This document shows, one piece after another, positions 29,829 to 39,682 of a DNA stretch of 64,000 nt. The stretch lies in contig CBDCDC010000002.1 in the NCBI GenBank assembly GCA_965215195.1, positions 3,264,001 through 3,328,000 on the forward strand, given 5' to 3'. The DNA comes from Candidatus Latescibacterota bacterium (GTDB lineage Bacteria > Latescibacterota > UBA2968 > UBA8231). The position numbers and the translations under genes were made by a program. Every line of letters starts with the position of its first letter. Positions within the stretch are counted from its first letter, which is position 1. The notes beneath the pieces are model-generated. The model was not told where the DNA came from. It did not search any database and saw nothing but the letters and a program-made list of their open reading frames with translations.

Positions 29829-31487
29829 ATGGACCGAGTACGCATCGCGGCGATAGCTTGCGCCCTAATCGGGGCCTGCTTGTGGGGCTGTGGTGAACAG
29901 GAGTCCCCCATCGTGGTGCGGATCGGCGAGCGGTCCATCACGGCCGAGGATCTCCGATCCTACGTCCTCGGGCTGAACGAAAGCGAGAGGACCCGCCAAG
30001 AAGGCCCAGCCGCACGGCGCGAGTACCTACAACCCCTCATCGACTACCACCTCATGTGGCTGGAAGCCCAAGCCCTCGGTTTGGACACCGCGGCCGCAGT
30101 CCAGCGCCAACTGGAGCGCAGAATCCGTCGGCACTTGGTCGCTCTCTACCTCAAACGCAAACCCGTGCAACCGCCCCTCGTTGACGAGGCCGAGCTCAAA
30201 CAGCGCTTCGAGCGCAAGGGTCTCCACCGCGCGTTTGAGCGGCTGACTTGGGGCATTATGACCAAGGAGCAGCCGCAACTGGAACTAGCCGTGGCCGAGT
30301 TGGCCGCCGGCACCCCGTTTGGCCAAGTGGCAGCCCGCTACTCCATCACGCCCGACGCGGCCAACGGAGGCGAGCTGGGCTGGCTGCGGGTAGAATCCAT
30401 CCGCCGCATGGGCCTCCCGGATTCGCTTTTCCGCGATCTGCCCTTGGGGGTCTTATCGCCCGTGCTGCCCCACTCGGCCGGCTTTTGCGTCGTGCGCTTT
30501 ACCGAGGAACGGCCGTTGTCCTACTTCGACTTCCGCGACGAAATCCTCCAAGAACTCCAAGAGGAACGGCTCGGCGAAGCGCGGGCGGCTCGGGCCGAGC
30601 AACTGGCCCACCAATACGACTGGAACCTCCACGAGCCGGGGTTGCGCCTCTTGCTAAAAAAAGGCCAGCCGTCGGCGACCTTGGAACGGACGCCAGCCGA
30701 AGAACGGATGCCCTTGTTCCAGTTTGCCGGTGGCCAAGTGCCCCTAGGCGAGCTGCTCGACCAACTCAAGAGCCGCAAAATTGACGCGGCCGCGGCCGAC
30801 AGCGCCGCCTTGGTCCAGCTCGCCGAGCGCTTGCTGCTCCAGCCCTACGTTTTTGCTGTAGCGGCCCGCCACGAGGAGCTGATTGACCGAGAGGCCCTCG
30901 AAGCAGTGCAGCAGCGCCTGCGAGAAGAGGTCGTCCTAAGCCAACTGCGCCAGCAAAAAGTAGTGGCATCCATCGCCATCGCCCCAGAGGCCGTGCGCCG
31001 CTACTACGACGAGCAGACCCAGCGCTTCCATCGTCGGGACCAGATCGACGTGGCCGAGGTGCTGGTGGAGACCGAGGAAGAGGCCCGAGCCATACGGCGG
31101 CAAATCGAAACCGGGGCCGCCATCGCCGCCATAGCCCAAGAGCGCAGCCAACGCCGCGGGGCGCGTGCGCGGGGCGGCGTCTTTCCCATGGAGAACACTT
31201 CGGACTTGGTGCCCCACATCCTAGCCGCGCAGCCGGGCGAGTTGGTCGGGCCGGTACCAGTCCACGACGGCTTCTCGGTATTCGAGATCGTCCGCCGCCA
31301 GCCCGGGGAGCGCATGCCTTTTGCCCAAGTCCGCCGGCAAATTGGCGACGTGCTGCGCCGGGCCGAGGAGCGGGAGCGGTTCCAAGCCTATATAGAAACC
31401 CTGCGCCGCCAATACGCCGATCGGATCCAAATCGACCAAAAGCAATTGGCTGCGGCCCTACCCGACGATTTCCTCACCGCTTTCTGA
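29829..31487 (+). CDS. Parvulin (PpiC/SurA/PrsA-like) foldase lipoprotein with two rotamase-like domains
   Basis: Lipobox LWGC; FGQVAARYS...NGGELGW, VRRYYD, EVLVETEEEA, LVGPV...GFSVF, PFAQVR. Confidence 0.8.
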   Translation: MDRVRIAAIACALIGACLWGCGEQESPIVVRIGERSITAEDLRSYVLGLNESERTRQEGPAARREYLQPLIDYHLMWLEAQALGLDTAAAVQRQLERRIRRHLVALYLKRKPVQPPLVDEAELKQRFERKGLHRAFERLTWGIMTKEQPQLELAVAELAAGTPFGQVAARYSITPDAANGGELGWLRVESIRRMGLPDSLFRDLPLGVLSPVLPHSAGFCVVRFTEERPLSYFDFRDEILQELQEERLGEARAARAEQLAHQYDWNLHEPGLRLLLKKGQPSATLERTPAEERMPLFQFAGGQVPLGELLDQLKSRKIDAAAADSAALVQLAERLLLQPYVFAVAARHEELIDREALEAVQQRLREEVVLSQLRQQKVVASIAIAPEAVRRYYDEQTQRFHRRDQIDVAEVLVETEEEARAIRRQIETGAAIAAIAQERSQRRGARARGGVFPMENTSDLVPHILAAQPGELVGPVPVHDGFSVFEIVRRQPGERMPFAQVRRQIGDVLRRAEERERFQAYIETLRRQYADRIQIDQKQLAAALPDDFLTAF

Positions 31488-31497
31488 GAGAGACGCC

Positions 31498-34400
31498 ATG
31501 AACTGCAAGCGCTACAGCCATTGGAGCCGGGTTTGGGCCTTGGCCTTTGGGTGCTTGGCCCTCCAGCAAGTCAGTGCCCAAGTGCCCTTGGGCCACCGTC
31601 TGCAGGGCGACCGCCTCATCGTGGATAAGGCTTCCTACTGGCGGCACTGGAGCGGGCCTTCCCACGTGGTCGATGTGCATTTAGACGGCACGGTCAAGCC
31701 CCATTTCTTTCGCCACGTGTACGACATCATTGCCGAAGATCGCGCGGTATTTGCCAAACCCGTGGACCAACCGGGCATCCGCAAGGCGGACCGGGCGATT
31801 ATGAACCTCCAGCGCACCCCAACGTTGGAAGCGGACGGCAGCGTTGCCCTCGGCAAAGCCGAGCAACTGATCAAATTCCTCAACCGGGACTTCAAGCGCT
31901 TCCCCGGCAACAACAGCCACATCCCCATTGGCGGCCAACTCCTAACCATTGTCGATACCACCCTCAGCAGCGATGGCAAGACCGCGACCTTGAGCCTGCA
32001 CAACGCACGCACGGGGGTAGCATCGACGCGCGAATTTGGCGCTAAGGACAAAATCGCATTCCCGCTGTACGACTACGTCCAGCGCGTCGGCGTCAGCCGG
32101 GTGGGTTCCAACGAGGCCCTAGCCCCCCACATTGTCGATGGCGACCGCACCACCTTTTGGGAACCGGATTTAGCGGCCACTCCAGACACGTGGTGGATCG
32201 AAATCGACTTGGGCCGCGCGGTCGTGGTCGAGAAGGTCGTGCTGCACTTTGTCGATGAAACCTTGGGCGACCCCTTTCGCCAGTTCCGCGTCATGCTAGC
32301 CCCCCAGCAAAAGCTCATTCAAGCCCAAAGCCGCGTACTCCAGTTCAAGGTGGTCGGCCAAACCCGGGCGCCCAATACGGACCAGCGGACCATGGCGTTT
32401 TCTTCCGCGGACACGCCCGGCTTTTCCGAAGACGACGACGGCCGCACCGAGTGGACCGGCCGCATGGCCCAGACCGTGCGCATTCTCATCGGCGACAGCA
32501 AGCTGGGGCGGGCACACCCAACCGACGAAGCCGCGTGGGAGGCCCTGCCGGCCGGCGAACGAGGCGATGTGCTCTACTACATCCGCGACGACGCCGGCTT
32601 TGAAGAGCCAGTGGAGCAGGCCATTTACGAGAGCCTTCCCCAACAACAGCAGGGCCGCAAAGAGTACTATATCCGCGAGCGGCCCCGGCTGGCCGAAGTC
32701 GAGGTCTGGGGCTGGGGCGACAACCTCTCGCCTAAGCTAATTGACGGCGGCGGCAGCGTTAGCTTTACCGGGCCGGAAGCCCCGGCTGGGGGCTTTGACG
32801 GCGACTGGAACACCACCTTCCGCATGCCGGCGTGGTTTAGTACCAACCCCACCGCTGGCATTCTCACCGTTGATATTGGCGCCCGCGTCTGGCTCGACGC
32901 CATGCGCTTGGCCGTTCCCTTTATCCCCGGCTACATTGCCGAGGCGGCCGATGGCAGCCGCGATCCCAACGGCCGGCTGCGCTGGCGACAGATCAGCCTA
33001 CCCGACCGCATGGAAGGGGGATTCACGCGCGCCGCCGACCTCTTTGACCCACCCCTAGATATCCGCTTCCTCAACCTGCGCCTGCCGGGCATCGCGCGGA
33101 CTTCGGGCTTTTTCTACGACCTGACCGAAGTCCTGCTCTACACCGAGGGGTTTGTCAGCCAAGCCGCGCTGGTGTCCGATATCATTCGCCTGCCGGGACC
33201 GCGCAACTTTGGTGCCATCCGCTGGGATCCGCCCCCCGGCACCCAGCCGCCCGGCACGACAGCCGAAGTGCGGACGCGCACCGGCGATCTGCTGGTGCAG
33301 CAAATTCGCCATTTCGACGTCAACGGCAACGAGAAAACCAAAGAAGAGTGGGACAAGCTGATCAGCAGTTGGAAGGGGCCTATCGACACTACCTTTGCCC
33401 TCGGCAGCGGCTGGAGTCCTTGGAGCCAGCAGTACCTCCAGCCGGGCGACCGGGTCCGTTCCCCCGGGCTGCGCAATTACATGCAGTTACAAGTGCGCTT
33501 TACCAGCCAAGATCGCCTGCAAGCTGCCTCAATCAGGTCAATCGAAGTAGAGCTGGCCCCGCCAGTGGCCCGCGCCCTCACGGCCGAAGTATGGCCCACC
33601 CAAGCCGCTGTCGGCCGCTTGGACACGTTCGACCTGTATCTGCGTCCGGTATTCATAGACGAGCCGGCGGCCGACCACACCCCGGGCTTTGACGAAATCC
33701 TCCTACAAGCTCCTCCCGGGCTCGCGCTGCACCTGTTGAGCCTAAGCATGGGGACCGAGGAAGAACTAGGCCGCGGAAACCCTTCGCAGACATTTGCCCT
33801 AGCAGCCGCTGGCCACCTGACCGACGCCGCTGGGGCCGTCGCCCAAGTGCGGCGCAACCACGCCGACTCTATCTGGGTCCTGCTGCCCCAACTACACCAG
33901 ACCCTACCGGCCGGGCAGGCGGTCCAGACCTATCACCGCATCACCCCCCAAGGGGCCGAAGTCGTAGTTGGCGAGGACGGCGACCCAATCACCGAGGCGG
34001 CCTACGGCCTGCTCACCGAGGCCGAGCGCGGAGCTATTCTCTTTTTGCGGCAGACCGCCGACGGCTTGGAAGCGGTTTCTGGCCGCGCCCAGTACGAGGC
34101 TCTGTCCCCAGCCGAACAAGGGCCGATTCGCTACTTTCGCAAATTGCGCGGCGGCGGGGCCCAATCGCCCTTTGACGCCTTGGGCGACTCCCTGACGCGC
34201 GCAGCCTACCGCGCTCTGCCCCCAGCCGAACGCGGGGCCGTGTTGGGGCAAGGCCGCCTGCTCCACTTGCGCTTTGCCGCGGCTGTCTTTCGCAACGGAA
34301 CCACGTTTAAGCCTTTTGTGCGCCGCGCTGCCGCCGGCGCCAACGGCAACTTGTGGCAGCAAGTAGATCCAGGCGACGCCACTTCCCTGACGGACAGCCG

Positions 34401-34758
34401 CCAACTGACCCTGAGCGTCCCGGTGGGGGGGCAAGTCCTCGGCGACCTGAGCTTGGCCCCCAACCCCTTTACGCCCAACGGCGATGGGGTCAACGACGAA
34501 CTGGTGGTCGCGTTTTCCATCTTCCAAGTGACCCAAGCGCGCCAAGCGCGTCTGCGCCTCTACTCGCTGGACGGACGCCTAGTATGGGAAAACAGCGCCC
34601 AAGTGGCAGGCGGGGCTCAGCAAATCCGCTGGAACGGCCGCGATGCGGCTGGCCGCACCGTGCCCATGGGACTCTATATATGCCGGATTGATTTCGAGGC
34701 CGATTCGCACCGCGCCACCGACCCGGCCTTGGCCCGCATCGTGGCCGTAGTCTATTAG
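31498..34758 (+). CDS. Large secreted protein with discoidin-like domains and FlgD-Ig/T9SS type B-like C-terminal domain
   Basis: Signal peptide; VDGDRTTFW..WWIEIDLG, RTRTGD, WSPWS, SPGLRNYMQ, PNPFTPNGDGVND...VAVVY. Confidence 0.75.
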   Translation: MNCKRYSHWSRVWALAFGCLALQQVSAQVPLGHRLQGDRLIVDKASYWRHWSGPSHVVDVHLDGTVKPHFFRHVYDIIAEDRAVFAKPVDQPGIRKADRAIMNLQRTPTLEADGSVALGKAEQLIKFLNRDFKRFPGNNSHIPIGGQLLTIVDTTLSSDGKTATLSLHNARTGVASTREFGAKDKIAFPLYDYVQRVGVSRVGSNEALAPHIVDGDRTTFWEPDLAATPDTWWIEIDLGRAVVVEKVVLHFVDETLGDPFRQFRVMLAPQQKLIQAQSRVLQFKVVGQTRAPNTDQRTMAFSSADTPGFSEDDDGRTEWTGRMAQTVRILIGDSKLGRAHPTDEAAWEALPAGERGDVLYYIRDDAGFEEPVEQAIYESLPQQQQGRKEYYIRERPRLAEVEVWGWGDNLSPKLIDGGGSVSFTGPEAPAGGFDGDWNTTFRMPAWFSTNPTAGILTVDIGARVWLDAMRLAVPFIPGYIAEAADGSRDPNGRLRWRQISLPDRMEGGFTRAADLFDPPLDIRFLNLRLPGIARTSGFFYDLTEVLLYTEGFVSQAALVSDIIRLPGPRNFGAIRWDPPPGTQPPGTTAEVRTRTGDLLVQQIRHFDVNGNEKTKEEWDKLISSWKGPIDTTFALGSGWSPWSQQYLQPGDRVRSPGLRNYMQLQVRFTSQDRLQAASIRSIEVELAPPVARALTAEVWPTQAAVGRLDTFDLYLRPVFIDEPAADHTPGFDEILLQAPPGLALHLLSLSMGTEEELGRGNPSQTFALAAAGHLTDAAGAVAQVRRNHADSIWVLLPQLHQTLPAGQAVQTYHRITPQGAEVVVGEDGDPITEAAYGLLTEAERGAILFLRQTADGLEAVSGRAQYEALSPAEQGPIRYFRKLRGGGAQSPFDALGDSLTRAAYRALPPAERGAVLGQGRLLHLRFAAAVFRNGTTFKPFVRRAAAGANGNLWQQVDPGDATSLTDSRQLTLSVPVGGQVLGDLSLAPNPFTPNGDGVNDELVVAFSIFQVTQARQARLRLYSLDGRLVWENSAQVAGGAQQIRWNGRDAAGRTVPMGLYICRIDFEADSHRATDPALARIVAVVY

Positions 34759-34782
34759 TTTACACCAGTCAAAGGGAACATT

Positions 34783-37446
34783 ATGGAAGCAATAAGGCGA
34801 AATACCGCGTCTGTCTTGGTGGTCTTGAGCTGCTTGCTAAGCCCGGCCCACAGCCAAACACCCGACTATGGCACGCGGCTGGGCGTCCCCCGCGGGAGCG
34901 GCGAGACCAGCTATGCCCCTTATGGCCCGGGCGTCCTCTTCGACGCGCTGGACCCGGCCGTCAAAAAGTGGTACGTGCCGCAGGAGCTGTACAACGAATA
35001 CCGCTGGCGCCAGTGGGAGTACAGCAACTACGCCCGCAACCAGTACCAACGCTACGTCGATATCCAGCTAGAGGGCGACTACTACTACGACCTATTTGGC
35101 AATGCCATCACCCGCGGCTGGCTCATCTTTAGCAACTCCCAGACCCAGCCGCGGCAATTTGGCAGCTCGCTGGTCAAGGCCACTCGCTTTAATAACTGGT
35201 TTTCGGGCGTGGCTATTGCCTCGGACAGCAAGGGCCAGTACCACTACGCCCTGACCGTGTCGAATCGCCTGCGCACCACGCTCACTCCCATGAGCTTTTC
35301 CAAACCCTCTTGGGACGGAGTCCAGTTTGACATGGCTACCGACAAGTACCAAGGCACCGTCATCTACTCGCGCCTTAGTTCGCCCGGCGGGGCCTCAACC
35401 GACAACACCGAGATTCTCACCACCAACCTCACCACCCTCATGGGCGGCCGGGCCACCGCCCAGATCGGCGACTTCACCCAAGTCGGTGCTCACTTCGTCA
35501 ACACCCACCAGTCCAATACCCTGCGCGACGGCTTTAAGGGCAACCCCATTGCCGGGGCCTTGACGGTTGACCAGACCCAGACCGTTTCCTTCATCGAACT
35601 GGTCCTGCGCGACGACTCGCCCGCCGATGGCAGCGGTGGTGCCGCCTTCTTCCCGGTGGGTTCGGACATCATCATTACCTACAACGACGGCACCGTGGAC
35701 CGCGGCCGGGAAATCCGCTTTGAACCAGCCAGCCAAGGGGGGTTCGTCCAAGAGGGCTTCATCTCGGCCGATGGCACCGAAGAGATCCGCCTGCTCTACG
35801 ACTTCGACACGCCGGCCTTCGTCAACCGAGCTTCGGGCCCCAAAGAAGAAATCGCCCAAGTCGAGTTCGAGCTGACCATTGGCAACGACTATCAGGTGTG
35901 GATGACCTCCAACAACCAGACCAATCGCAGCGGCGAGCCCGTGCTGCTGCTGGTGGCACAGGCCGAGGGCAATGTGCAGGACAACACCAACCTCCGCATC
36001 CTCAAATTCGAGTACGGCCTGCCTACGGCGACGCAAATTGTCGGGGCCACCCTAGAGCTGCGGGACGTGGCCGGCTTCAACTTTTACGGCGAGTACGATC
36101 TGAGTGTAGCCTACCGCAAATACCCCAGCGTGACGCGGACCAGCCACACCACTGCGGCGGGCGTGGCCGGGGAGCAGGTCGAGCCCGCGTGGATGGTCAA
36201 CCTGTCCAAGGTGGCCCATCCGTGGTTCTTTTTTGGCGAAGCGTACAGCATGGATCCGCTCTACAACACCCGCACCTTTGTCACCGGTTCGGCCGGCAAT
36301 ATCGACTACGAAAACGAGCGCTTCCACGTGGTGGAGCTGGTAGAGGACAACGACGACCAAGACCGCGCACCCGACCTAGTGCGCGCCGATTCCCAAGCCG
36401 GCGACCGCCGGGTCTTCCCCGGCTGGGACGAGAACTACGACTTCATCTCGGACTTCAACCAAAACGACAACCTAACCATCTCCAACGGCATCCCCGACTA
36501 CGACGAAGCCTTTCTCAGGCACCGCGTCGACCGACCCGACTTCCTCTACGGGATCGACATGAACAACAATCTGTGGGTCGACCGCTTTGAAAACGACGAA
36601 TCCCCAGACTACCCCTATCAGAAAGACCGCCGCGGTTTCAACGCATATATGGGATACCGGCTGACCCCGGACATCCGCTTGACCATCGGCCACCTGCGCG
36701 AGGAACTGATCTCGGCCGACAAGCGCAACCACACTTCCTACGCCCTGTTCGGCCTAGACCGGGACGATCCCCAACAAGGGCGCTTGCGCTTTATGCAGAT
36801 GGTCAAGCTGGCCCAAGACAACATCCCGGACGACCTGCTCCAGTGGTTCCCGGAAAACACCCAGCGCGATGGCCAGCTCCAAAAAGTGGTAGATCCCCTT
36901 TTGGCCCAAGACACTTGGATCAATACCACTTGGCTGGGACACACGTACAACCGCGGCGGCTTGGAGGCGTACAACTATCTCAACTTGGAGCTTTTCCACC
37001 AGCGCGACGACGCGGCCTTGCGCGAGACGGACTCCTTTTTTGGCGTCATCAACAAGCTCAGCTACCGCTACGATCTGGGCACTGTCCAACTCGAGCCGCG
37101 CTGGAAAAGCGAATATCGCCGCCAGACCGTGGGGCTGTTCACGGCCGACGAGGAGACGGTGCTGACCGAGATACTGGGGTTCCTCTTGGGGTTTCCCATC
37201 CTCAACAACACTCGCATTCAAACCGGGATCGAGTACTCTTTCGCCAACGACATGAAGCGCGACAACAACGATTTCACCGGGGTCGCCGGGGCCTTGCAGC
37301 TAGCCAATGTGAGTTCCTACTTGGGCTACGAGGTATCCGCCCAAGTGGGGCTCAAAGCAGATTGGCGCGACTTCAAAAGCATTGAACGCGAATCGGAAAT
37401 CCTGACCCAAGGCTTTATCACCCTATATGCTGGCTTGGGCAAATAG
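34783..37446 (+). CDS. Hypothetical exported 887-aa protein, probable outer-membrane beta-barrel with Asp-rich Ca-binding-like loops
   Basis: Signal peptide (..SPAHS); amphipathic aromatic strands in the C-terminal third ending FITLYAGLGK; DNDDQD, DENYDFISDFNQND, DMNNN motifs. Confidence 0.55.
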   Translation: MEAIRRNTASVLVVLSCLLSPAHSQTPDYGTRLGVPRGSGETSYAPYGPGVLFDALDPAVKKWYVPQELYNEYRWRQWEYSNYARNQYQRYVDIQLEGDYYYDLFGNAITRGWLIFSNSQTQPRQFGSSLVKATRFNNWFSGVAIASDSKGQYHYALTVSNRLRTTLTPMSFSKPSWDGVQFDMATDKYQGTVIYSRLSSPGGASTDNTEILTTNLTTLMGGRATAQIGDFTQVGAHFVNTHQSNTLRDGFKGNPIAGALTVDQTQTVSFIELVLRDDSPADGSGGAAFFPVGSDIIITYNDGTVDRGREIRFEPASQGGFVQEGFISADGTEEIRLLYDFDTPAFVNRASGPKEEIAQVEFELTIGNDYQVWMTSNNQTNRSGEPVLLLVAQAEGNVQDNTNLRILKFEYGLPTATQIVGATLELRDVAGFNFYGEYDLSVAYRKYPSVTRTSHTTAAGVAGEQVEPAWMVNLSKVAHPWFFFGEAYSMDPLYNTRTFVTGSAGNIDYENERFHVVELVEDNDDQDRAPDLVRADSQAGDRRVFPGWDENYDFISDFNQNDNLTISNGIPDYDEAFLRHRVDRPDFLYGIDMNNNLWVDRFENDESPDYPYQKDRRGFNAYMGYRLTPDIRLTIGHLREELISADKRNHTSYALFGLDRDDPQQGRLRFMQMVKLAQDNIPDDLLQWFPENTQRDGQLQKVVDPLLAQDTWINTTWLGHTYNRGGLEAYNYLNLELFHQRDDAALRETDSFFGVINKLSYRYDLGTVQLEPRWKSEYRRQTVGLFTADEETVLTEILGFLLGFPILNNTRIQTGIEYSFANDMKRDNNDFTGVAGALQLANVSSYLGYEVSAQVGLKADWRDFKSIERESEILTQGFITLYAGLGK

Positions 37447-39664
37447 GGCGCGGGCGCTGCACTGGCCCAAGCTGGCGGCCTTAGCTGTCTTGGCCCTAGG
37501 TCTGCGCTTGGGCTACCTGTTCCAAGCCACCGACAGTCCCTTTTTCGACGCGCCGATTGTAGATGCCCGCAGCTATACCGAATACGCCCGCGAACTGGCG
37601 GCCGGCTCTTGGGCTGGGCGTCCGATGCCGTTCTGGCAGGCCCCTTTTTACCCGTATTTCCTAGGCGTTCTCTTTTCTCTTTTTGGCGAAAACTACTACC
37701 TGCCGCGGCTACTCCAAGCCTTGGCCGGCACGGCCACCTGCCTGATCGTCTTCAAGCTAGGCCGCGAGACCTTTTCGCCGGCGGTGGGCTGGGTAGCTGC
37801 CCTAGGCGCGGCCCTGTACGGCCCCTTCCTCTACTTTGAGGGCGAACTTTTGCCCACGACTTGGGCCGTGCTTTTCGCCGCGGTGCTGCTGTTGGTCTTG
37901 TTGTGGGGCCAGCGCCGCGGCGGCGCACTTCCCGCGCTTGTCGCCGGACTCGTCCTAGGGCTGGGCACCTTGGCCGTGCCGAATGTGTTGCTCTTTGCGC
38001 CAGTAGCGGCTTGGTGGGTGTACCGCTGGTGGCCCCGCTGCCGCGGGCTCCACCTGGCGGTCTTTGCGGCCGGCCTGCTGCTGGTGGTAGGCCCGGTGAC
38101 CCTGCGCAACCGCATCGTCGGCGGCGAGTGGGTGCTCATCTCCTTCAACGCGGGCGTCAACTTCTACCTCGGCAACAACCCAGACTACGACCGCACCACA
38201 GCGGCGCGGCCCGGCGCGGGGTGGAGCGATGTGATCGACTTGCCTCAGCGCGAGGCCGGCATCACCCAGCCGGGCGCCGGTTCGAGCTACCTTTTGGGCA
38301 AATCTTGGGAGTATATACGCACCGAGCCGAGCAGCTATTTGGCCCTGCTTTTGCACAAGGGCTATCTGTTTTGGCACGGAGCCGAGATCCCCCGCAATAG
38401 TGATCCGTACTCCGCCGCTGAGTACTCGCCGCTGTTGCGCCTTTTGCTGTGGAAGTACGGGCTCGCGTTTCCCTTTGGCTTGGTCTCGGCCCTCGCCCTG
38501 CTCGGGGTGGCCTATGTCCTGCTCAAACCGGAACGCCGCACCCCAGCGGCCTATCTCGTCTTGCTCTTTGCCGGAGTCTATATGCTGTCGGTGGTGTTGT
38601 TTTTCGTCACGGGCCGCTACCGCTTGCCAGCCGTGCCTTGTCTCTTGCTGCTGGCCGCCTATGGCGCTTGCACTTTGGCTGGTTTGCGCCACAGACCCTT
38701 GTATCTGTCGGCTGGTGCCCTCGCCTTGCTGCTGTTGGCGACCAACGCCGGGACCGCGGCGACCAGCCCGCACGTGGCGGCTTTCCACCACTACTCGTTG
38801 GCGGCCGTCTATGAGAGCAAAGGCATGAAGACCAACGCCTTGCAGCACTACCGCCGTGCAGTTGAACTAGCCCCGGCTCACGACCGCGCCCTCCTCGGCC
38901 TAGCCCATATGTACGGGGCGACCCAGCGCTACGATGACGCTGCCCACACGTGGCGGCAATTCCTCGACCACTATCCCGACCAAGACGACGTCCGCCTCCA
39001 GCTAGCGGATTTTCTTCGGCTGCGGGGCCAACCCCAAGAGGCGGCGGCCGAGTACCAAAAGCTCCTAGTGCGGCAACCAGCCCAAGCCCACCTGTACCTC
39101 CGCCTCGGTCGGGCCGAAGCCGCGGCCGGCCGGCCGCAGCAAGCCGAAGCGGCCTATCTCCGCGCACTCGAACTGGACTCCCATGCGGCGTACTACCTGC
39201 TAGGTCAGCTATACGAAGGCCAAGGCCAGTCCGAGCGCGCCGAACAAGCCTATCGGCAGCTAGTAGCCCGTCAACCCGACCATCTCGCCGGGCTGTGCCA
39301 TTTGGCCGATCTGCTCCTAAAGCGGGGGGACGCGGAAGCAGCCAAAGGCCATTTGCTCGCGGCGCTGGTGCTCGAGCCCGACAACGCGCACGCCTTGCGC
39401 AGCATGGGGACCTTAGAGGCCAACCAAGGTCAGTACCGCCAAGCTCTCCAGCGCTTTGAGCGCATCTTGCAACACCACCCCGGCGATCTCCAAGCCCGTC
39501 GTGCCCTATCTCATCTTCTGCTCAAAATGGGTCAACGCGCACGCGCCGATGCCGAGTACGCCCGCTACCAGCACCTAAAGCGGCAGCAGCGCATGCAGCA
39601 ACAGACGTTGGAAAAAACCAAGGAGCTAGCCGACCAACTGCGGCAGATGTTCAAAGCGCCCTAG
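37427..39664 (+). CDS. GT39/ArnT-like GT-C glycosyltransferase fused to TPRs
   Basis: DARSY..YA, FWQAPFYPYFL, RLLQAL, VTLRN, GVNFYLGNNP, FFVTGRYRLP, then several TPRs. Confidence 0.8.
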   Translation: MLAWANRARALHWPKLAALAVLALGLRLGYLFQATDSPFFDAPIVDARSYTEYARELAAGSWAGRPMPFWQAPFYPYFLGVLFSLFGENYYLPRLLQALAGTATCLIVFKLGRETFSPAVGWVAALGAALYGPFLYFEGELLPTTWAVLFAAVLLLVLLWGQRRGGALPALVAGLVLGLGTLAVPNVLLFAPVAAWWVYRWWPRCRGLHLAVFAAGLLLVVGPVTLRNRIVGGEWVLISFNAGVNFYLGNNPDYDRTTAARPGAGWSDVIDLPQREAGITQPGAGSSYLLGKSWEYIRTEPSSYLALLLHKGYLFWHGAEIPRNSDPYSAAEYSPLLRLLLWKYGLAFPFGLVSALALLGVAYVLLKPERRTPAAYLVLLFAGVYMLSVVLFFVTGRYRLPAVPCLLLLAAYGACTLAGLRHRPLYLSAGALALLLLATNAGTAATSPHVAAFHHYSLAAVYESKGMKTNALQHYRRAVELAPAHDRALLGLAHMYGATQRYDDAAHTWRQFLDHYPDQDDVRLQLADFLRLRGQPQEAAAEYQKLLVRQPAQAHLYLRLGRAEAAAGRPQQAEAAYLRALELDSHAAYYLLGQLYEGQGQSERAEQAYRQLVARQPDHLAGLCHLADLLLKRGDAEAAKGHLLAALVLEPDNAHALRSMGTLEANQGQYRQALQRFERILQHHPGDLQARRALSHLLLKMGQRARADAEYARYQHLKRQQRMQQQTLEKTKELADQLRQMFKAP

Positions 39665-39682
39665 GGGATGCCCTTGCCGAAA

